Part shown: piece by piece, positions 57,354 to 64,000 of the stretch | Layout of the letters: each line of letters starts with the position of its first letter | Position numbering within the stretch: the first letter of the stretch is position 1 | Assembly: GCA_964625085.1 (NCBI GenBank) | Contig: CAZVAJ010000001.1 | Span: 1-64,000 of the forward strand | DNA: 64,000 bases | Origin: Candidatus Micrarchaeota archaeon | GTDB lineage: Archaea > B1Sed10-29 > JAJSAI01 | Reading direction: 5' to 3' | The notes under the pieces: generated by a model | The model's input: only the letters and a program-made list of their open reading frames with translations | What the model was told of the DNA's origin: nothing | Database searches by the model: none | Made by a program: the position numbers and the translations under genes

Positions 57354-58067
57354 TCAGAAAGGAGGAATGACCATCATACCATTGCCTGTGATATCAACAG
57401 GGAAAGGTTGCTTGGGAACGTCTGTTGCCACCATCTTTTCAAAATACAGCTGAGTTATCCTTTGTCCTTTTTCTTCTGCTCTTGATAATCTAAGCACTCC
57501 GTCAAATACAAAGTCTTCTTCTTCAAAAAAGGAAATCCCATCAGGCCTTGTTTCTGAAATAAAGAGGGTAGTGCAGCCTTTTTCTTTAAGTGATTTTGAT
57601 AAGGAGTGTAGCATGTTTCGATACTCTCCTTTTTCGTTGAAGTAGAATCCCAAAGGGGTCACTGAATCAAACGCGATCCTCTTCACGTTCATCTCGTCTA
57701 TTATCTTGTACAACTGGAGCACCACTTCTGAATGAAGGTTACGGGCCTCAAACTTGGAAAAGTCCTGAGAAGAGAAAACAGTGAAAATAAGCCTGTTCTG
57801 TGCAGATATTGTTGAAAAATCCCAGTTGAATGCCGCTTGGTACCATTCTATGTCACTTGGGTAACCGTGAACCTGCACAAGAAGACCGTTTTCATCATAT
57901 TCTTCAACACCCTTGTACAAATACTGTAGTGCAGCGATCGTTTTCCCAGTACCGCTAGGGCCTTTTAGGAGGATTGAACTGCCTTTTATTATTCCTCCTT
58001 CAGTTATCTCATCAAACCCAGGTATCCCACTCTTGATCCGATCCAATTTACACAAGCCTCCTGACAA
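57354..58067 (-). CDS. Single-domain KaiC/RAD55-like ATPase
   Basis: SGIPGFD...GG, GPSGTGKT, RIAFDS, TTLFISE, DGVLRL. Confidence 0.88.
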   Translation of the reverse strand: MSGGLCKLDRIKSGIPGFDEITEGGIIKGSSILLKGPSGTGKTIAALQYLYKGVEEYDENGLLVQVHGYPSDIEWYQAAFNWDFSTISAQNRLIFTVFSSQDFSKFEARNLHSEVVLQLYKIIDEMNVKRIAFDSVTPLGFYFNEKGEYRNMLHSLSKSLKEKGCTTLFISETRPDGISFFEEEDFVFDGVLRLSRAEEKGQRITQLYFEKMVATDVPKQPFPVDITGNGMMVIPPF

Positions 58068-59586
58068 ACTCCGCGTATGCAGGTCTTGCTATGAACACTC
58101 CAATAAGTGACCCGAGTATGGTGGTTAGTGCAAAACCTTTTAACACGCCAAGACCAAGCGTGAACAGCGGGAACATTGCGATTATCGTGGTGAAAGCAGC
58201 CATCATTATGATGTTCACCGCTTTCTTTATCCTAGAAGCGATTCCTGCTCTCTTTTCTTTTGACGCACCTTTGACTGCTTCGTCTGTTATGATTATCAGG
58301 TGGTCCACTCCTGTTCCTACTGCTGCTATAATACCGGCCACTGCTGGAAGGTCAAGCTGCCAGCCTATCCAAGCAGCCATTCCAAGAATCATCACAGCCT
58401 CTGAAACGCTTATCATGAGCATTGGCCCCACTATTTTTGGTTTCTTGTACCTGAAGAATATCACCATGCCCACGGCAAGTATTGCAGCCAGTCCTGCAAC
58501 TCCTGAGTAGTACAGGAATTCCTTGCCAAGAGATGCTGAAACTGAGGAAACACCTGAAACCTGCACTGACACAGGAAGCTTTCCTGAATCAAGGATTATT
58601 CTCGTCCGGTCTCTTTCTGCAATTGCCTCCTCTTCATTTGAGGCCCCACCGGTTATCCTGAGATCGTACTGAACTTCTCCTGAGGTTACTGCACTTGTTA
58701 GGCGCACAATACTCTGCAGGTTTATAGCCCCCGGAATAAAGTAGTTACCTGTTTGCGGTTTTACCTGCACTTCAGATGCGCTTGAGTTGAGAAGTGAGAT
58801 GTATTCTTCTAGAGGACTTCCTTCTTTGAGGATGACCGTCTTGTTCTTAACCTGATCTAAGACCTGCTGGTCCACCGTGCCAGTGACTATAAGACCAATA
58901 TCAGAATCCTGCAAGAGCTCTTCAAGAGGAATCTTGCTGTTTGAAGGCGATTCCTGATTAAATTGTTCAGGGATCTCTTTTTCAGCTTCATACTCTGTGG
59001 GGGTTAGTAGGATTACCGCGTTCTGCGGTCTGTCAATGAACATGTATGTTCTTTCCATGCACTGGGAACCGCTAGGATCGGAGGGGTCTAAGGTGCACTT
59101 GCCTGCAACCATGTTCGCGAACTGTTTGGCTGCTGAAGTGCTCATGGTGAACGGAACGCTCCACATATATCCTGTGCCTGCTCTGCTGACTGTGTATCCC
59201 CTAGTAGGATCAGACACGACACCAATAATTCCATCAGAACCTAGCAGGACCTTGCCCTCAAACATTGCCTCGAACCTGCCCTGTTCCCCGATTATTTTTT
59301 GTATAGCTGCCACTACTTTCGGGTCTGTTTCAGCCACCTCAACCATGATAAAGTCCGGGCCTCCTGGCCGTACTTTCATGTCCTTTAGCCCGAAACTGTT
59401 AAGCCTGTCCTGTAGAACTCTTACAAGAACCTCTTTTTCAGGACCCTCGACTGGTTCGGAGAGTTGTATGTTTATTATTGTTCCACCTGTAAAGTCCATT
59501 CCAAACTGAAGGGGCTTTATCGCGAATGGCAGAAGCCCTATGACTATAAAAGATATCACGTACAACTTTGTTCTGATGTTTTTCAC
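58048..59586 (-). CDS. secD: Protein translocase subunit SecD
   Basis: GMDFTGG, RLNSFGL, SGKLP, GTGVDH.IIITDE, RPAY. Confidence 0.93.
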   Translation of the reverse strand: MKNIRTKLYVISFIVIGLLPFAIKPLQFGMDFTGGTIINIQLSEPVEGPEKEVLVRVLQDRLNSFGLKDMKVRPGGPDFIMVEVAETDPKVVAAIQKIIGEQGRFEAMFEGKVLLGSDGIIGVVSDPTRGYTVSRAGTGYMWSVPFTMSTSAAKQFANMVAGKCTLDPSDPSGSQCMERTYMFIDRPQNAVILLTPTEYEAEKEIPEQFNQESPSNSKIPLEELLQDSDIGLIVTGTVDQQVLDQVKNKTVILKEGSPLEEYISLLNSSASEVQVKPQTGNYFIPGAINLQSIVRLTSAVTSGEVQYDLRITGGASNEEEAIAERDRTRIILDSGKLPVSVQVSGVSSVSASLGKEFLYYSGVAGLAAILAVGMVIFFRYKKPKIVGPMLMISVSEAVMILGMAAWIGWQLDLPAVAGIIAAVGTGVDHLIIITDEAVKGASKEKRAGIASRIKKAVNIIMMAAFTTIIAMFPLFTLGLGVLKGFALTTILGSLIGVFIARPAYAEFVRRLV

Positions 59587-60551
59587 TTCTTACGCCTCCT
59601 TGATATCCAAAGTAGTATTGATGCATTAGTGCACCAGGTTGAAACAAGATCTCCTAGAAGTCCGACGAACAGGATCATTGCAATCATTGCAAGAGTTTCA
59701 ACACCCCCAAAAGACGCGGCAGCATAAAGGGCCACCAAAGCAGCGAGTGTTGTTCCAGTCATCGTGAACCCGGTTCTCATCGCAGACTTTATTCTGTTTT
59801 CAGGAGAACCTTCTTTTCTTGAAAGCACGCGCTCACTCAACATGATGTCCGTGTCAACAGAGTACCCTATAAGCATTAACAAGGGCGCAACAGCAGCCAG
59901 ACTGAGTGGTATTTTCATCATGCCGATAAAGCCCAGGCCAACGATCACGTCAAAAACTGCTGCCTGGATAACCGCAAATGACACCAACACTTTCCTGAAA
60001 AACACGAACACTAAAATGCTCATGAGGATGAACGAGAATATTAGGGCGTTCTGCATCTGAGACAGAAAAACAGCCCCCAAAGACGGTCCAACTTCACGAG
60101 AGGAAATGTCCTTTGAAGAAACATGATACGTTTCGGTGATGAAAGAAGAAAGCGAGGACTTGAACTCAGTTTTTTTCTCGTTATATACCTTAAACGCAAG
60201 TTCTGATAGGTTGCCTTCTGCAGGAACAGGCTCGCCCAGCGTGGAAAAAACTGCCTGATAGTCTCCTGACTTATACGCTTCTTCTGCGGCCACAAGGGTT
60301 CTCTCGCCCTTAAATTCTATTATGATTCCTGAAATAGCTCCTGAAGAAGACCTGGCTTTCAGCTCTTCAAGATCAAACCTACTGGAGAGGTCTTCTTTTA
60401 CCTGCACAGGACTAACGTTGGTGGGAAAAGAAATTACAGTTCCTCCTGTAAATTCTATTCCTGGCTCTATCTGGGTAGCAAAAAACAGGAAAATGACAGC
60501 AATAATCACCGGAGGTATAAACAACATTTTGTAATTCTTCTCAGAGTACAT
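59583..60551 (-). CDS. secF: Protein translocase subunit SecF
   Basis: GIEFTGG, VGPSLG, IGYSVDTDI, TMTGTT; start uncertain by a few codons. Confidence 0.93.
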   Translation of the reverse strand: MYSEKNYKMLFIPPVIIAVIFLFFATQIEPGIEFTGGTVISFPTNVSPVQVKEDLSSRFDLEELKARSSSGAISGIIIEFKGERTLVAAEEAYKSGDYQAVFSTLGEPVPAEGNLSELAFKVYNEKKTEFKSSLSSFITETYHVSSKDISSREVGPSLGAVFLSQMQNALIFSFILMSILVFVFFRKVLVSFAVIQAAVFDVIVGLGFIGMMKIPLSLAAVAPLLMLIGYSVDTDIMLSERVLSRKEGSPENRIKSAMRTGFTMTGTTLAALVALYAAASFGGVETLAMIAMILFVGLLGDLVSTWCTNASILLWISRRRKK

Positions 60552-60630
60552 GCTCAAGAACAATCCCCTCTTTTTCCAGCATAGTGTATAAAACAACACG
60601 GTTAATAAAGCTTGTGTAGAAAAAAGGGTT

Positions 60631-61356
60631 ATGAGATTCGTGTTGTACGATCAAACAGGACGCAAATACCCTGTCAAAAAAGACGCTGTGAGAACCAAGT
60701 TCGGGAATGTGAAAGTTGACAAAGAGGGAGTAATAGAACAGGATGGCAAGGTGTTCTTTGCAGCAAGAGCAAACCTGCTGGAAGAAGTTGAAGGGTTCAA
60801 GATGGGTGGAAGGCCCATATACCCCTATGATTCTGGGGTGATACTCGCCCTGCTGGGCGTGAGAAAAGGGACAAAGCTTCTTGAAGCAGGAACCGGGTCA
60901 GGTGGCCTGGCTTACACCGCATGGTGCTGGGGCGCCAATGTTATCTCTTACGAGCGTGAAGAAACTTTTTACCAAAAAGCAAAAGAGAACCTCAGTAACA
61001 CGGACGTTGAAATTATCTTAGGGGACGTTAAAGACTGCGTAAAAAAAGGGTACTTTGACGTGGTAATGCTAGACTTATCAGACCCTGAGGAGGTAATTCC
61101 AAAGGTTTCAGAATGTCTTAAGAACGGAGGAATGCTGGGTTATTTTTCTCCGGTGATAACAGAAAACGTGAAAAATGTGATGGAAGATTCTGGTTTTATT
61201 GACATCAGGGGAATAGTGTTAGACCACCGGGTCCTCCGGTTGAAGAAGCACATTGGAATAGAAAAAGAGAGCTTGGGTTATCCTGGCTTCTTCGTGTTCG
61301 GGAGAAAGGCAGAATGCTTCAAGGTCCTAAGAAAACATAAAAAGTTGTTTAGCTAA
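60631..61356 (+). CDS. trmI: tRNA (adenine-N1)-methyltransferase TrmI/GCD14 family
   Basis: IYPYD, LEAGTGSG, SYERE, D..MLDL.DP. Confidence 0.85.
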   Translation: MRFVLYDQTGRKYPVKKDAVRTKFGNVKVDKEGVIEQDGKVFFAARANLLEEVEGFKMGGRPIYPYDSGVILALLGVRKGTKLLEAGTGSGGLAYTAWCWGANVISYEREETFYQKAKENLSNTDVEIILGDVKDCVKKGYFDVVMLDLSDPEEVIPKVSECLKNGGMLGYFSPVITENVKNVMEDSGFIDIRGIVLDHRVLRLKKHIGIEKESLGYPGFFVFGRKAECFKVLRKHKKLFS

Positions 61357-63049
61357 TATGCCATTTTAGGTCTACAGCAGGCCCCCTACTAAACGAAAGC
61401 ATTTCTTTGGCATTCAACAGCGCGGTTCCAGATGCAAGCAGAGCATTTTCAGGGTCCGTGACCAAAACCTGTTGACCAGGCAGGATATTCTTGTCAGCAG
61501 AAGAAACAAACTTTGCAAAAACAGTACCCCCTTCTCTTGCTGCTTCAATTGCGTTAGGGTCTGCCAGTACAACCCTGTTTTCAGGGGGATTGGTAATTTT
61601 GTGAAGCGCACGCGCCCCTTCATGTAGTATAATGTAAAAGTCACTTGCCCTGAAAGTGGCCAAAAGCCTGCCAGGCTTTGAATACACTGCTCTGATTCGG
61701 TTTGTCTTACGAGAAACATCTACTCGTATCTTGTCAGGAAATATGTCTACCCCCAGCCAGTAAACGCTTGCAGCCCTCACCTTATTCTCCTTCTTAACCT
61801 TTTCAGGACAGGAAACCTCAAAATCCTTTTGGAACACTGTCTGAGAAAAAGGATAGCAGTCAAGCACTTCAAACGGAACTTTGCCGTACAAGGGGATGTC
61901 CATAGTGCGAGAAGCAAGTTCTTTTTGCACTACCCTGGCGTGTTTTCTCGCCCGCCGGATGTCAGGTCTGAGCTTGGTGAACTCGCTGAGCTCAAGGACT
62001 CTTCTTTTCGGGAACCAGTCAACAGAATCAAGATACTTCTTTTCCTTAAGCAGTTCGGAAAATGCAGGAACCAGCTTTGGGTGCGCCCGAACCCTCTCTT
62101 CTATGAGCTCGAACAATGAGTTGTCCCTTATCGCCTGCCGGACTGTTCTTATTTCCTTGAAGGTAGCGTGCAGGTTGTGTCTTGCAAGCAGCCCTTTGTC
62201 TTCTGAAAGGTCTTTGGGTGCAGAAGCAGAACAAACTGGACAAGAGCACGGAAGTTCAGTTAGCTTGCTCACTTCAAAAGTACCGTGTTCTGTAAGGTAC
62301 CTTCCGTCCCTCGCGTACAAGGCATATGCTGCAGAATCAAACAGATCAGCCCCTGCAGCAGCAAGCAGTGCAAAGAACATCGGATGACCTGCGCCAAAAG
62401 CATGGATCAGGCGGTCAGGCGGCGTGTTTTTCCTAACATTGACAACAGATTGAACAACGGTCCTGAAATCATACTCTATCATTCTCGGGACAATAGACCC
62501 AACAGGATGTACTGCAAAGTTATACCCTGCCATTGCTTTAGCGCATTTTTTCTGCAGTTCAGGGAAACCCGTACCTTGAACAGGGCCCGCCCACAACACG
62601 CCTTCTGGCAGTACAGCTTCTTCAGCAGCTTGTATTGTTTCAGCAACAGCTGTTTTGACATCCTCCAAGTCCCTGCTGGCAGTGGGATGATCTAGTATAA
62701 CTCCTATGTCAACGCCTATATCGTGCTGGAAATCTATTATGTCCTGGTTGGATACTGATATGTTCCCGTACTCCATGAACTGGTAAGCGCCAGAATCAGT
62801 CATTATAGGACCATGAAAGTCTAGCAGGTTATGAACCCCTTTGGACACAGCCTCCTCAGGAAAGCTCTTCCATATTATGTACGAGTTTGTTATAATCGCC
62901 TGCCCGCCCATACCCTTTATCTCTTCAATTGGAACAGTTACCTTGTTAGGGTTTATCACTGGAAGAACAGCAGGAGTAGTGATAGTGCCATGTTTTGTGC
63001 TAAACTTTCCGACCCTCGCTAGGAGATCCCTTGCTTTTATCTCAAACAT
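61349..63049 (-). CDS. tgtA: Archaeosine tRNA-guanine(15) transglycosylase with PUA domain
   Basis: MTDSG.YQ, HAFGAGHP, DLFDSAAY, CSCPVC...HNL, VFAKFV. Confidence 0.95.
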   Translation of the reverse strand: MFEIKARDLLARVGKFSTKHGTITTPAVLPVINPNKVTVPIEEIKGMGGQAIITNSYIIWKSFPEEAVSKGVHNLLDFHGPIMTDSGAYQFMEYGNISVSNQDIIDFQHDIGVDIGVILDHPTASRDLEDVKTAVAETIQAAEEAVLPEGVLWAGPVQGTGFPELQKKCAKAMAGYNFAVHPVGSIVPRMIEYDFRTVVQSVVNVRKNTPPDRLIHAFGAGHPMFFALLAAAGADLFDSAAYALYARDGRYLTEHGTFEVSKLTELPCSCPVCSASAPKDLSEDKGLLARHNLHATFKEIRTVRQAIRDNSLFELIEERVRAHPKLVPAFSELLKEKKYLDSVDWFPKRRVLELSEFTKLRPDIRRARKHARVVQKELASRTMDIPLYGKVPFEVLDCYPFSQTVFQKDFEVSCPEKVKKENKVRAASVYWLGVDIFPDKIRVDVSRKTNRIRAVYSKPGRLLATFRASDFYIILHEGARALHKITNPPENRVVLADPNAIEAAREGGTVFAKFVSSADKNILPGQQVLVTDPENALLASGTALLNAKEMLSFSRGPAVDLKWHIS

Positions 63050-63082
63050 GAATTAGAATAAGCTCAAGTCCTAATAAAGGAT

Positions 63083-63820
63083 TCACTTTGAAGCAGCATA
63101 CTTCTTCCGCAATTTCTCTTTTGCCCTTTCTTTAGCAGTCTTAGCAGGTTTCTTTTCCTTAACCTTCTTAACCGGCTCTTGAACTTTAGGTTTGCTGACA
63201 ACAGGATGCTTGACTTTAACTGTCTCAGGAGGCGTTCTAGGCATTCTCTTGAACGCAAGAAGCAAGAATAACGCAATAATGGAAATGCTTGCAGCCCCAA
63301 CAAAGTAATATGAAAGATCCGTGTTTTCTGCTTCAGGGCGCACGATATCCTCCCCGCTTAGTTCTTGCTGGGGTGAATTGCCCAAGTTTAGAATAAGCTG
63401 TTTTACCCTGTCAGCATTAGAGTACTCTTTAGCCTGCATGTATTCTATGATAGACAGGTTATAGTATTCCCTGGCAGCCTCAATATTCCCCTGCCCAAGG
63501 TACACCTCTGCTATCTTTTCGTATGCCCTTGCCTTTGTAGGATAATCTCCTTTTTCAGAAAGTTTTGGGAGAGAATTCTTAAAATAGTATAACGCCTTTT
63601 CATAGTACTGGGAAGGGTCAGCATCGCTTGCCTTAACACAAACTGCAGTAGTAAGATAACTTTCCCCAGCTTCAAAACAGTGGTACACGTTGGGCTTGCC
63701 AAGGTCCAGTTGGTTAAAGTCGCAGACTCCTGCTTTCTCTTGTGCTTCAGCGTAGTAATCTGAGCACTGGCTGAATACGGCTGGTGCTAGTACCAGTAGC
63801 ATTAGCAGGGCCTTTTTCAT
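63083..63820 (-). CDS. Exported TPR-like single-pass membrane protein
   Basis: Signal peptide, 4 Cys, TPR-like helices, TM, Lys/Pro-rich tail. Confidence 0.75.
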   Translation of the reverse strand: MKKALLMLLVLAPAVFSQCSDYYAEAQEKAGVCDFNQLDLGKPNVYHCFEAGESYLTTAVCVKASDADPSQYYEKALYYFKNSLPKLSEKGDYPTKARAYEKIAEVYLGQGNIEAAREYYNLSIIEYMQAKEYSNADRVKQLILNLGNSPQQELSGEDIVRPEAENTDLSYYFVGAASISIIALFLLLAFKRMPRTPPETVKVKHPVVSKPKVQEPVKKVKEKKPAKTAKERAKEKLRKKYAASK

Positions 63821-63879
63821 ACTCTAAGAAAGGAAAAAGGAGTATTTATTACTTGCCTGATGAATAAGTAGGAAGAAAA

Positions 63880-64000
63880 ATGGACCACAAAGAACTGCTT
63901 GAAAAAGCGATGAAAAAGGCAAGGCAAGAAGCGGGAAGAAAGAAAGATAAAAAGGACGCAGACGTGGCTAGGATCGACACGTTTACTGCAGTGGTGCTTA
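63880..64000 (+). CDS. N-terminal fragment of a hypothetical protein (runs off window)
   Basis: ATG after TATA-like TTTATTA; open frame MDHKELLEKAMKK... to window end. Confidence 0.5.
   Translation, partial: MDHKELLEKAMKKARQEAGRKKDKKDADVARIDTFTAVVL

Overview
Archaeal core-genome window with a very compact layout, BRE/TATA promoters, GGTGA/GGAGG ribosome-binding sites and divergent proteins. A DPANN-type lineage is likely but is an inference. From 1 to 51.5 kb almost everything is on the + strand and forms one information-processing supercluster: a 9-tRNA array, rpoH/B''/B'/A'/A'', the str operon, archease plus an intein-containing RtcB, the S10/spc/alpha/L18e ribosomal protein clusters, a second tRNA array, eno-rps2-mevalonate genes-gltX, and L7Ae-aIF5B-aIF2g-rpoE-kae1. 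The last 12.5 kb are mixed-strand (cdc6, archaeosortase-carS-DUF92, S3ae/S15, bud32, a CDIN1-like nuclease, a KaiC-like ATPase, secDF, trmI, tgtA). No mobile element other than the intein and no CRISPR array were seen. The strongest signals lie outside the ORF track: (i) seven BHB-type tRNA introns, six at non-canonical positions, with all four Glu/Gln tRNAs interrupted at the same D-loop site and an identical 41-nt intron in tRNA-Glu(CTC) and tRNA-Gln(TTG); (ii) a GluRS lacking the whole anticodon-binding region; (iii) kink-turn leaders upstream of rpl7ae and rps13; (iv) non-conservative substitutions in the RNA polymerase active centre, uS12 and uL3; (v) a DUF92-CarS-archaeosortase lipid module. 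All calls come from reading motifs by eye; no database searches were run.
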